Shown here in pieces: positions 26,791 to 35,752 of a DNA stretch of 64,000 nt. The notes below the pieces were generated by a model. The model was not told the origin of the DNA. It ran no database searches and saw only the letters and a list, made by a program, of their open reading frames with translations. A program made the translations under genes and the position numbers. Position 1 is the stretch's first letter. Every line of letters starts with the position of its first letter. Source of the stretch: Candidatus Yanofskybacteria bacterium RIFCSPHIGHO2_12_FULL_45_19b (GTDB taxonomy: Bacteria; Patescibacteriota; Minisyncoccia; 2-02-FULL-40-12; IGHO2-12-FULL-4); assembly GCA_001794605.1 (NCBI GenBank), contig MGKD01000013.1:13463-77462 (forward strand). Direction: 5' to 3'.

Positions 26791-28460
26791 ATAGCCGGGC
26801 AAAATCGCTTATTTATCCTTTGCTAATTCTTTTAGCATTTTTTTTATTGTTAAGGTTGCCCAGCTTGCACCAGACTTACCATCAAGATGAAGTAAAGTGG
26901 GTAACGCATGCTACCACCATTGGAGATAACGCGACGGGTAAGGGTCACCCACCTTTATCTGGAATAATCTTCCCACTCTTTGGAAAAATCTTAAGTGCGC
27001 AAAATATGCGGGCGTTGCCGTTGTTGTTTGGGTTATTAAATTGTTTGTTGCTGTTCTTTTTGGTAAAACCGCGTTTTGATAAAACCACCGCTTTTTGGGT
27101 GGTAGGGGTGTATGTTTTGGTATTTTATAATGTTTTGGCCTCCTTGATGGTGGATTTAGACGGAGCGTTTCTGCCTTTTTTTGTACTGCTATTTCTCATT
27201 ACTTTTTTCCGCTGGAAAGAGTCTAGCCAACCACATCAGCGTTGGTACTGGGCGGTTAGTTTGGGGCTGACTACCTTATTAGGCTTTATGGCAAAGTTAA
27301 ATTTTATCATTCCAGTAATAGCGGTGCTGATATTTTATGTTGGCGAAACGGATGTTGTTCGATTTAATTTTAAAAATATTACTCGTCTTGTAATTACTGG
27401 ACTAGTTGGGGTCGCGACTATTTTAGCTTGTTTTCTAATTACCAAATATCTTTTTCCGGCTTTTAATTTAGGACGGGTTTTTGCACACGCCACTGATTTC
27501 TTTTCTTTTAGGGGAAGAGATTTTGGCCAGGTTATCTTTCAGACTGCTAAAGCGGTTATCTATGCTTCGCCCTTACTAATTATTCCTTTGTTTCTAATTA
27601 GCAAAGAACAGTTTAAGCAGTTAAGATTTTACTTCTGGTTTTTGGCTGTAGGATTAGTTTTTTATTATTTGTTGTTTGATTTTTCACGGGCGGCATTAGA
27701 CAAATATCTGGCTTTTATTATTGTACCGCTCTCGATTATCAGTGGGGTAGTGCTTAAAAGTTACTTTGAGGCTTGGTCGGGTTTTAATAAAAAGATAGTC
27801 TGGGGTGGTGGGCTAATATTGGTGGGGATTTTTATGACCCAGTTCTTTTCTCATTTAGTGCCACCGCTTTATCCAAAAGCGGAGTGGTTTTCTCGAGTCA
27901 CTAATTTACACTGGAACTTTCTCATGCCTTTTACGGGTGGTTCTGGTCCGCTGGGTTTTTATGTGTCTTTTTTGTTTATTGTCTTAATTTGGTTGTATAG
28001 CTTGGTTTTGTTAGTCTGGTCATTTGTTCAGAAAAATCGACGTTCAGTATTGATTGTGTTATTACTGGTGGCGGGGGTGTTATATAACCTAGTTTTTATT
28101 GAAGAGTATGCCCTGGGTAAGATTAATGGTAATGCCGCTGGGTTGCTTAATGGGGCAGTCTTTTTTATTAAAGATAATGACCAGATTGATAGGGTAATTA
28201 CCTATAACGATATCGGTGGGTTTGAGTTGGCGAGCATCGGGAAATACGAACGGCGCATCTATGTGGCGCCTAAAAATGATGCTGAACACAAACAGACGCT
28301 AAATAACTTTAAAAAGTATTATCTAGTAATTGATATCCCCAGACTGAGTATGGATAGTATTTATGCCAAATATTTTTCTACTTGCCAGGTCGTTTATTCA
28401 GATCAGTCACAACAAATCTCGGCTAAACTTTATGATTGCAAAAACGCTATGAATTTCTAG
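26757..28460 (+). CDS. GT-C (PMT/ArnT-like) membrane glycosyltransferase; start uncertain
   Basis: HQDE first-loop motif, HPPL, many TMs. Confidence 0.75.
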   Translation: MYHWSSVITKINSRAKSLIYPLLILLAFFLLLRLPSLHQTYHQDEVKWVTHATTIGDNATGKGHPPLSGIIFPLFGKILSAQNMRALPLLFGLLNCLLLFFLVKPRFDKTTAFWVVGVYVLVFYNVLASLMVDLDGAFLPFFVLLFLITFFRWKESSQPHQRWYWAVSLGLTTLLGFMAKLNFIIPVIAVLIFYVGETDVVRFNFKNITRLVITGLVGVATILACFLITKYLFPAFNLGRVFAHATDFFSFRGRDFGQVIFQTAKAVIYASPLLIIPLFLISKEQFKQLRFYFWFLAVGLVFYYLLFDFSRAALDKYLAFIIVPLSIISGVVLKSYFEAWSGFNKKIVWGGGLILVGIFMTQFFSHLVPPLYPKAEWFSRVTNLHWNFLMPFTGGSGPLGFYVSFLFIVLIWLYSLVLLVWSFVQKNRRSVLIVLLLVAGVLYNLVFIEEYALGKINGNAAGLLNGAVFFIKDNDQIDRVITYNDIGGFELASIGKYERRIYVAPKNDAEHKQTLNNFKKYYLVIDIPRLSMDSIYAKYFSTCQVVYSDQSQQISAKLYDCKNAMNF

Positions 28461-28471
28461 GCCCACACCTT

Positions 28472-29770
28472 ATGAAGCATTTGTCAAAAATATTGGATCA
28501 TACTGTCGACTTTTATGACCGTAGTGGTTATTGGAGAAAACGTAATTGGTTTTATCACCAATCACTGGACGAATTTTTGCGTTTTTTAATTCCACCAGAA
28601 AAAAAATCACTTAAGCTTAGCATTACAGAACTAAACGACTTTTCCGTTGAGCAAAATAAAATTGACTATTTTGTGTTGACTGACTTGCTGGGTTATTTGC
28701 GTGATATTGAAATCTTTTTCAGAGAACTACATGTCAGTGGCGATGACGATACCCGTCTGGTAATAACCCAATATAATAAATTATGGGAGCCACTTTTGCG
28801 TTTGGGAGCGGCACTTAAATTACGGATGCCCTATGCTAACCAAAGCTGGGTTTCGGTTGCTGACATTGAGAATTTTTTATATCTGGCTGGATACGAAGTG
28901 GTTAAAAAAGGTGCCAAATTGTTGTTGCCGATTTATATCCCACTACTTTCGTGGTTGTGTAATAAATACCTGGTAAATATTTTTCCTTTCAATAAATTAG
29001 CCCTAGTTAACTATGTGATTGCGCGTAAGTTGGAGAAAAAGTCGGTTGATGCCTCGGTCAGTGTTATTGTGCCAGCGCGCAATGAGGCCGGTACGATACA
29101 AAAGATAGTAAAGGAAATACCACTAATGGGTAGGGAAACCGAAGTCATCTTTGTGGAGGGGCACTCTACTGATAATACGTTAGAAGAAATCAAGCGGGCG
29201 GTAGCCGAATATCGTGGTGATAAGAAGGTCAAATATGTTGTGCAGAGTGGTAAAGGCAAAGGGGATGCGGTAAGGAAAGGGTTTGCCATGGCGACGGGAG
29301 ATATTTTGATGATTTATGACGCCGATATGACCGTACCACCAGATGAGCTAAGCAAGTTTTATTCAGCCCTAATTGGGGGTCGAGGAGATTTTATTAATGG
29401 TTCGCGCTTGGTTTATCCAATGGAAAAGCTGTCCATGCGCACCTTAAACTTTGTCGGCAATAAATTTTTTAGTTTAGCCTTTTCTTGGTTACTAGGACAA
29501 CGCATTAAAGATACCCTTTGTGGTACTAAAGTCCTATGGAAAAAAGATTATCTGGCGATTGAGCGGGGTCGACAGTGGTTTGGCGAGTTTGATCCATTTG
29601 GTGACTTCGACTTATTATTTGGTGCGGCCAAGCTTAATCTTAAAATTATTGATTTGCCGGTGCATTATAGGGAGCGCACCTATGGCACTACCAATATTGA
29701 TCGCTGGCGCCATGGTTGGCTGTTATTAAAAATGGTGGTTTTTGCTATGCGTAAGATTAAATTTATTTAG
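28472..29770 (+). CDS. GT2 with a degenerate N-terminal methyltransferase-like domain
   Basis: VPARNEAG, EGHSTD, GKGDA, DADMT, DTLCGTK, DPFGDFDL; N-domain lacks GxGxG. Confidence 0.85.
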   Translation: MKHLSKILDHTVDFYDRSGYWRKRNWFYHQSLDEFLRFLIPPEKKSLKLSITELNDFSVEQNKIDYFVLTDLLGYLRDIEIFFRELHVSGDDDTRLVITQYNKLWEPLLRLGAALKLRMPYANQSWVSVADIENFLYLAGYEVVKKGAKLLLPIYIPLLSWLCNKYLVNIFPFNKLALVNYVIARKLEKKSVDASVSVIVPARNEAGTIQKIVKEIPLMGRETEVIFVEGHSTDNTLEEIKRAVAEYRGDKKVKYVVQSGKGKGDAVRKGFAMATGDILMIYDADMTVPPDELSKFYSALIGGRGDFINGSRLVYPMEKLSMRTLNFVGNKFFSLAFSWLLGQRIKDTLCGTKVLWKKDYLAIERGRQWFGEFDPFGDFDLLFGAAKLNLKIIDLPVHYRERTYGTTNIDRWRHGWLLLKMVVFAMRKIKFI

Positions 29771-30441
29771 TGATGGATACGCACCAACATTTTAACGATA
29801 TTGCTAATGAATATGACAAATGGAAGGAGAAAAACTCTTATTACTACGATGCCATCAAAACTTTGTTGCGCTCCAAAATTCCTAGTCAGGCGCGGGTGTT
29901 AGAAGTCGGTTGTGGTACCGGCGATTTGTTGGCAGTGCTATCGCCTTCCGTTGGATTGGGGATTGATATCAGCGAGGTGATGGTGACCTTGGCTCAAAAA
30001 AAGTACGCTGACCGCTCTGAACTATCTTTTCGGGCGTTAGATATTACCACGCTAACAAAACCACTGCCGTATGACTATATTTTTTTGGTGGATGTCTTGG
30101 AACACATTGAAAACTTGCCGAAATTTTTGGAAGGTCTAAAACAGGTTGTTTTGCCTAACGCAAAAATCATTATTACGTTGGCTAACCCGCTCTGGGAGAC
30201 GGTTTTAATGTTGGCAGAGAAATTAGGCATGAAAATGCCAGAAGGTCCACACTGGCGCTTAAGCATCAAGGAGAACGAGCGGTTGTTTAAACAGCAGGGT
30301 TGGGAGATAGCAGAGCGCGGCTATCGATTGCTAGTGCCCAAAAAAATACCAGGGGCAGATTTTCTTAATGAAAAGTTCCATAAGTCTAAGCTCTTAGCCC
30401 CCTTGGGCTTTATTGTTTACTGGGAACTGATCAAGGCATGA
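29770..30441 (+). CDS. Class I SAM-dependent methyltransferase
   Basis: VLEVGCGTG, GIDIS, DVLEH. Confidence 0.88.
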   Translation: MMDTHQHFNDIANEYDKWKEKNSYYYDAIKTLLRSKIPSQARVLEVGCGTGDLLAVLSPSVGLGIDISEVMVTLAQKKYADRSELSFRALDITTLTKPLPYDYIFLVDVLEHIENLPKFLEGLKQVVLPNAKIIITLANPLWETVLMLAEKLGMKMPEGPHWRLSIKENERLFKQQGWEIAERGYRLLVPKKIPGADFLNEKFHKSKLLAPLGFIVYWELIKA

Positions 30442-30442
30442 A

Positions 30443-30477
30443 AAAACTCCCAAGCCCACAGGCGGCTTGAGAGTTTT
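30443..30477. terminator. Bidirectional terminator between convergent genes
   Basis: AAAACTCCCAAGCC-loop-GGCTTGAGAGTTTT. Confidence 0.7.
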
Positions 30478-30503
30478 GAAAGAACTAAAACTGACCAAGT
30501 AAC

Positions 30504-32048
30504 TTAGACAAGGCGACGTTTCGCGCCCTCCCAACGCACATCCCCAAATTGAGGCTGGCCGTGCTGGGCCTCCCAAACTGTCTGATACTCACGAATCCGC
30601 TTAATATCACGGGCCACCATTAACTCACGCAGACCGAGCAACTCGACCGCGTTAAAGTTCTCACAGATGACGGCAGTAATCTTAGTCGCGTCTCCCAAGT
30701 CCGTCAGGAAAGCGTCCAGACTGCCATCATACTGTGCCAAGATGCGGTCTTTGTACTTGTTGAACCACTCACTGCCTGGATAAGGAGTAGCAAAGAAGGG
30801 CTTAACCTGAATACCCATCTCCTCCCATGCCTCTACGCAGTCAATCAACGAGTCAAACCAGTCATCCGGAAAGCCCATGATCTGGTTGGGGATTGGTCGG
30901 ATACCGGCTTCCATGGTTACGCGAAGTGAGCGCTTATTGGTTTCAGGCGTGGAACCTTTGCCAACGTTTTTTAATACGCGCTTGGAAAAGGATTCATAGC
31001 CATAAACCAACTGGGAACAGCCCGCCCCATGCATTAGCCGGAGAATTTCCGGATTAGCATGAGCGGCATGACTGGTGCCACCCCAGTGTACGCCATGGCA
31101 GTGTTCTGGATCATGCGGCACGCCATCGCGCACACATTGCGGCTGAAGGCCCGCCTCAATCCAGAGCCGGCAGATTTCCGGTAGCCAGGTATTATGCGTG
31201 GCCGCGTTCATTGCTAACAGATTTTCGTCAAAGAAAATAACGAAATCTGTGCCATACTTATCGCGCATATGTTTGACCATCTGCACGATATATTTAGGGC
31301 TATGCACACGGTTCTCGCGGTTGTAGGTAAAGACCACATCGGCGGCCGGGTTGTTGGGATCCTGATATTGCAGGTCTCCGGCTAGGCCAAGGTGAAAGCA
31401 AAAACGACAGATGAACGGACAGCCGAAACTGCCGTTGACATCCATACGTTTCTTGGCCGAGAAGGCCTCTTCACTGTAGATCAGTGCGGAGTTACGGAGA
31501 TAGATGTCCATCGGGAGCATATCCCAGGCGGGATAAGGCAGGACATCGAGGTTGGGAATTAAGGGGCGAGGTGGAGTAAGGCAGTTGTTTCCAGTGCGAT
31601 CTCGGTAGATTACCCCGAGCGTTTTGGAAAAATCCAAGTCGTCAAGGGCTATCTTTTCTAAAATCTCCGGAAAGGTAACAAAACCTTCACCCACTACCCC
31701 TAAGTCCACTTCTGAGATCAGTCGCATCATATCCTGCGGTATGCTGGTTAAAATACCTCCACCTAAAACTCTTAATGAGCGGGGAGAGTACTGTTTCGCA
31801 TACTGCATAATTTTTTTGGTGTAACCGTAGGTAGTGGTGATACCACCAACCCCGACTACATCCCAGTTGTCGGCTTGCATGACGGCTTTCAAGTCGCCGT
31901 CATCCGGCCGCCAGGCGTTGGCATCGAGAATTTGCACTAGATGCCCAGCCTGGTCAGCCAGAGCGGCCAACTGGGAAATGCCATAGGGGATATGACGGGG
32001 ATCATCCTCTTCCCGTACGACGGGGTTTATCAACAGTACTCTTGCCAC
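30504..32048 (-). CDS. B12-binding radical SAM enzyme
   Basis: N-terminal cobalamin-binding-type domain (LLINP, GEG, LPYPAWD), CPFICRFC, DEN, YGYES, PYPGS. Confidence 0.9.
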   Translation of the reverse strand: MARVLLINPVVREEDDPRHIPYGISQLAALADQAGHLVQILDANAWRPDDGDLKAVMQADNWDVVGVGGITTTYGYTKKIMQYAKQYSPRSLRVLGGGILTSIPQDMMRLISEVDLGVVGEGFVTFPEILEKIALDDLDFSKTLGVIYRDRTGNNCLTPPRPLIPNLDVLPYPAWDMLPMDIYLRNSALIYSEEAFSAKKRMDVNGSFGCPFICRFCFHLGLAGDLQYQDPNNPAADVVFTYNRENRVHSPKYIVQMVKHMRDKYGTDFVIFFDENLLAMNAATHNTWLPEICRLWIEAGLQPQCVRDGVPHDPEHCHGVHWGGTSHAAHANPEILRLMHGAGCSQLVYGYESFSKRVLKNVGKGSTPETNKRSLRVTMEAGIRPIPNQIMGFPDDWFDSLIDCVEAWEEMGIQVKPFFATPYPGSEWFNKYKDRILAQYDGSLDAFLTDLGDATKITAVICENFNAVELLGLRELMVARDIKRIREYQTVWEAQHGQPQFGDVRWEGAKRRLV

Positions 32049-32050
32049 GA

Positions 32051-33073
32051 CTAGCCTCCGTTCTGTCCAAATTTGTTTAGAAATTCAGACAGAGAAATGA
32101 AGTTTATGTTGGCACCAAAAAGAGTGCCTCCTTCGGTGCAGTTATAAGTAGTGCACGGGGCCTGCTTGGCCAGTTCCAGGATAATCTCCCGGAACCAGTA
32201 GTAGGTTGGATCCGTGTACCAAGTCTCGTTGAGGTACGGGTTTTGAATCTCGATGTAGGCTTCGGCGACCCGTTCGCCGAATAAATCACGCAGTTCGTAA
32301 AAGTACTGCGTATTGAGGAAGGGAGTGCCGGGGGCGTATCCGAGATCAAATCCGGCTAAGGCTACCTGCCGATGTCCCAATACCGCCCAGGAAAAAATGT
32401 AGGCAGCGGTGCCGACATTGCCACCGGTGTTCATACAAGGAATACCGCCGGTTAGACCTACTAGCTCGCGGGTGACAGTTTGGGTGGGATCATCTGGGTC
32501 ATCGTAAAATTGATTCCACCAGTAGATATCCATACCCGATTCCACACAGCGTTTGGTGACGGTAGGATCAACGCTGGTGCAGAGGATGGCTTTAATTTTA
32601 GAGCCGTGCTGGTTTACTAGCTCGGTTAACTCCTGATTATAGCGCATCTCGTCTTCCCAATACTTAGGGTCAAAGTCCTGTCGCCGGAAGTAATCATCCG
32701 GTGGTCGGCTAGCCAGGTCAGGATCGCCGAACCAACGCACGATACGATACGGGTTGGGGTCTAAACAGACCATGTATTGGGGGATAACACCATGGCGCAG
32801 GCAATAACCAAAGCTGCCATCGGCGGTGATGATATCGCCAGTGAAGTTGGTTTGGGCGATGCGGGCGGCGGTATGCTTACGATGCAGGCTCGGTCCACCT
32901 ACCACTACGATGGCGGCACTGTCTGGCCCATGCTTTGGAATCAACAAGTCATCAATTGTTTTTCGGTAATGCGGACGATTCAATTTGGCATTGCGGAGGC
33001 CCACGGCGGTAACTTTGTCCGCCGTGAGCTTGCTGACGAACTGGGCGATTTGCTTACCTAGGTTATTCTCCAT
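32051..33073 (-). CDS. DUF115/Maf (MptE-like) family protein
   Basis: IVVVGGPSL, ITADG, CLDP, GGNV and LAGFDL motifs. Confidence 0.78.
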   Translation of the reverse strand: MENNLGKQIAQFVSKLTADKVTAVGLRNAKLNRPHYRKTIDDLLIPKHGPDSAAIVVVGGPSLHRKHTAARIAQTNFTGDIITADGSFGYCLRHGVIPQYMVCLDPNPYRIVRWFGDPDLASRPPDDYFRRQDFDPKYWEDEMRYNQELTELVNQHGSKIKAILCTSVDPTVTKRCVESGMDIYWWNQFYDDPDDPTQTVTRELVGLTGGIPCMNTGGNVGTAAYIFSWAVLGHRQVALAGFDLGYAPGTPFLNTQYFYELRDLFGERVAEAYIEIQNPYLNETWYTDPTYYWFREIILELAKQAPCTTYNCTEGGTLFGANINFISLSEFLNKFGQNGG

Positions 33074-33257
33074 CTTGTTTTTCCTTTTTCGGTGGTCGCC
33101 AAACCGGGTTGGCCTTCTTGATATAACAAGCGCTCCCGCCTAAGGCTCGGGCGGCGGCGGTCTGCATTTTTTCAGTTAGAGTCGTCTCCTCATCTTTCGT
33201 TACCCGTACAGGGTTAGCAACAGTGTAGTTTCCCTTTAGGATACTTTTCTTCGACAT
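33063..33257 (-). CDS. Small basic protein (64 aa)
   Basis: GGAGG Shine-Dalgarno before ATG 33257; overlaps next start; ANPV occurs twice. Confidence 0.65.
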   Translation of the reverse strand: MSKKSILKGNYTVANPVRVTKDEETTLTEKMQTAAARALGGSACYIKKANPVWRPPKKEKQDGE

Positions 33258-33343
33258 AACAAACCTCCGTTGTTTGGTTTTTAAGCTTCCTTCCAGATCT
33301 GTTCGAGACGATAATAACAAATTAAATTGTTCAATTCAACTGA

Positions 33344-33373
33344 TTGACACCTTTTGACACTTTCTGATACCAT
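33344..33373 (+). promoter_or_regulatory. Promoter with 10-bp-phased direct repeats
   Basis: TTGACA-18-TACCAT (TG-extended); TTGACAC, TTGACAC, CTGATAC at 33344, 33354, 33364. Confidence 0.65.
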
Positions 33374-33379
33374 TAAAGT

Positions 33380-33625
33380 ATGGTGGAGATTAACCAGAAT
33401 GAAGTTTATACTACCAGTGAAGCGCGCTCGCTTTTAAAAGTCAGTAATAGTACTATTAAGCGCTTATTGAAGCATGGTATCCTGCGAGCTAATAAGGTTG
33501 GTGGACAGTACCGTATTTTAGGGAAAGAACTTTTGCGCGCGGTTTCTCCAAGTATAGAGCGAAGAGCAGTGCATATTTATCAAGACATGAAGCGAAAGTT
33601 TAAACAGAAAATCAAGCCATGGTAG
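33380..33625 (+). CDS. Excisionase/BldC-like HTH_17 DNA-binding protein
   Basis: VYTTSEARSLLKVSNSTIKRLLKHGILRANKVGGQYRI. Confidence 0.85.
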   Translation: MVEINQNEVYTTSEARSLLKVSNSTIKRLLKHGILRANKVGGQYRILGKELLRAVSPSIERRAVHIYQDMKRKFKQKIKPW

Positions 33626-33647
33626 TTCGATTAACTCACTATAAATA

Positions 33648-34472
33648 ATGGAAACTACCACCACAATTATTAAACCGCAGAAAAAGTTTTCCTTTTTAGA
33701 TTTAAAGGAGATCTGGGACCATAAAGGGTTGCTCTACTTTTTTACTTGGCGTGACCTCAAAATCCGCTACAAACAGACATTAGTAGGAATAGGCTGGGCA
33801 TTATTCCAACCCTTTGTCACAATGATTGTCTTTAGTATTTTCTTTGGCAATTTTGCTAAAATTCCTTCCGACGGAATTCCCTATCCGATTTTTGTTTATT
33901 CTGGACTTTTGTTTTGGCAATTTTTTTCTGCTTCCCTGGCCCAGGCCAGTAGTTCTCTGGTGAGCAATCAGAATATTATTACTCGAGTTTACTTTCCTCG
34001 TTTGATTTTGCCTTTTTATTCTACGCTTACTAATTTAATTGATTTTGGCGTGGCCTCGCTGATGTTGGTGGTGTTGATGTTTTATTATGGTTTTGCTCCG
34101 GAGTGGTTATTAATCTTATTAATTCCAGTATTAATTTTGATCACCTTTATGTTTGCAGTCGGGCTAGGCCTCTTCTTAGCCTCTCTTAATGTCAAATATC
34201 GAGACATTAAGTTTATCTTACCCTTCTTTATTCAGATGTTGTTATTTGTAACCCCGGTAATTTATCCACCCAGTATTTTGGGAAAGTATTCATGGTTGTT
34301 AGCTTTTAACCCGATGACGGGCGTGATTAAAACCGCCCGCACGATTTTGCTTGGCGGGCAAACGATTAACTGGCTACAGTTGGAAATTTCTAGTTTGGCC
34401 GCCGTAATTATTTTTGTTGTAGGGGTTGTCTATTTTAAAAAGACAGAAAAGTATTTTGCTGATCTTATCTAA
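33648..34472 (+). CDS. wzm: Polysaccharide ABC transporter permease
   Basis: RDLKIRYKQT..G.GWA..QP, YFPR, YRD, TPVIYP, NPM. Confidence 0.92.
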   Translation: METTTTIIKPQKKFSFLDLKEIWDHKGLLYFFTWRDLKIRYKQTLVGIGWALFQPFVTMIVFSIFFGNFAKIPSDGIPYPIFVYSGLLFWQFFSASLAQASSSLVSNQNIITRVYFPRLILPFYSTLTNLIDFGVASLMLVVLMFYYGFAPEWLLILLIPVLILITFMFAVGLGLFLASLNVKYRDIKFILPFFIQMLLFVTPVIYPPSILGKYSWLLAFNPMTGVIKTARTILLGGQTINWLQLEISSLAAVIIFVVGVVYFKKTEKYFADLI

Positions 34473-34478
34473 TTAGGT

Positions 34479-35735
34479 ATGGAAACTGTCATCCAAGTAA
34501 AAAACATCTCAAAGCGATATAAAATTACTCACTGGCAAGGTGGGTATCTAACCCTGCGTGATGTTATAAGTAATACTTTCAAACACCCCCTAAGGTTTTT
34601 TAAGAATAAAATGAGTAATATAATTTCGGGGGAGAGTCGAGAGGATTTTTGGGCCTTACGTGGTCTGAGTTTTTCGGTGCAAAAAGGAGAGGTGATTGGT
34701 ATTATTGGTGCTAATGGTGCTGGCAAGTCCACCCTACTTAAAATTCTAACTAAAATAACTCCACCCTCAGAAGGAGAGATAGTTTTGCGCGGTAAAGTTT
34801 CTTCTTTGTTGGAGGTGGGAACTGGTTTCCACCCCGAACTGACTGGTCGGGAAAATATTTTTTTCTATGGTGCGATCCTCGGAATGAAAAAGAAGGAGAT
34901 TGTTGATAAATTTGATCGCATTGTTGAATTTGCTGGTATGCAGAAGTTTTTGGATACACCAGTCAAAAAATATTCTTCCGGTATGTATGTACGCCTGGCT
35001 TTTTCAGTAGCCGCACACATGGAGCCAGATATTTTATTGATTGATGAGGTTTTAGCTGTGGGGGATGCTGAATTTCAAAAAAAGTGTTTAGAAAAAATGA
35101 AGAGTGTTGCGCGTGACGATAATCGCACCATTTTATTTATTAGCCATAACATGAATGCGGTCCGCGGGCTATGCAACCGTTGCGTGTTATTGGAAAAAGG
35201 GGAAATAAAAATGGTGGGTGATACCGAAGCGGTGATTAGTGCTTATCTTAAGCACCGGGAGGGTGAGTTTGGTAAAGCTGTTTTTGAGTACCCGACTGAC
35301 CAAAGCAAGCCTATCAACATTAAAAAAATTAAAATTCTTGGGGCAGATGGTACGGTTACGGCGCACCTAGAAGCGGGTATGCCATTTTCAATTGAGTTGG
35401 GGTATTCTGTCAACCAAGCGGTCGCAGCCTCACGAATATTTATTTCCTGTGTTAATGAGGAGGGGGTGGAGTTGTTTGTTTCTTGTGATACAGATAAACA
35501 GCCAGAGCTTTTTACCAACCGAGAGCCCGGTAACTACCGAGCGACTTTTCAATTTCCTGCTACCAATGAAATTTCACTGGCGGCGGGCGACTACTTTTTA
35601 AGAGTGCGTGTTACTTCTGATCCACAGGCCGATCACCTGATTCCATTGACCATAGAGAATTTAGCAAAAAGATTCGTGGAATTACCTGGTGTAATGGCAC
35701 TTGCCTCTAAGTGGCACTTAGAAAAAATCGAATAA
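34479..35735 (+). CDS. wzt: Polysaccharide ABC transporter ATPase with C-terminal Wzt domain
   Basis: GANGAGKST, YSSGMYVRLAF, IDEVLAVGD, SH. Confidence 0.93.
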   Translation: METVIQVKNISKRYKITHWQGGYLTLRDVISNTFKHPLRFFKNKMSNIISGESREDFWALRGLSFSVQKGEVIGIIGANGAGKSTLLKILTKITPPSEGEIVLRGKVSSLLEVGTGFHPELTGRENIFFYGAILGMKKKEIVDKFDRIVEFAGMQKFLDTPVKKYSSGMYVRLAFSVAAHMEPDILLIDEVLAVGDAEFQKKCLEKMKSVARDDNRTILFISHNMNAVRGLCNRCVLLEKGEIKMVGDTEAVISAYLKHREGEFGKAVFEYPTDQSKPINIKKIKILGADGTVTAHLEAGMPFSIELGYSVNQAVAASRIFISCVNEEGVELFVSCDTDKQPELFTNREPGNYRATFQFPATNEISLAAGDYFLRVRVTSDPQADHLIPLTIENLAKRFVELPGVMALASKWHLEKIE

Positions 35736-35752
35736 ATTTTTTTCTTGTTAAT

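Noticed and set aside
33380-33625. Prophage or ICE excisionase
   Set aside because: No integrase, att site or phage genes; it heads the wzm/wzt operon
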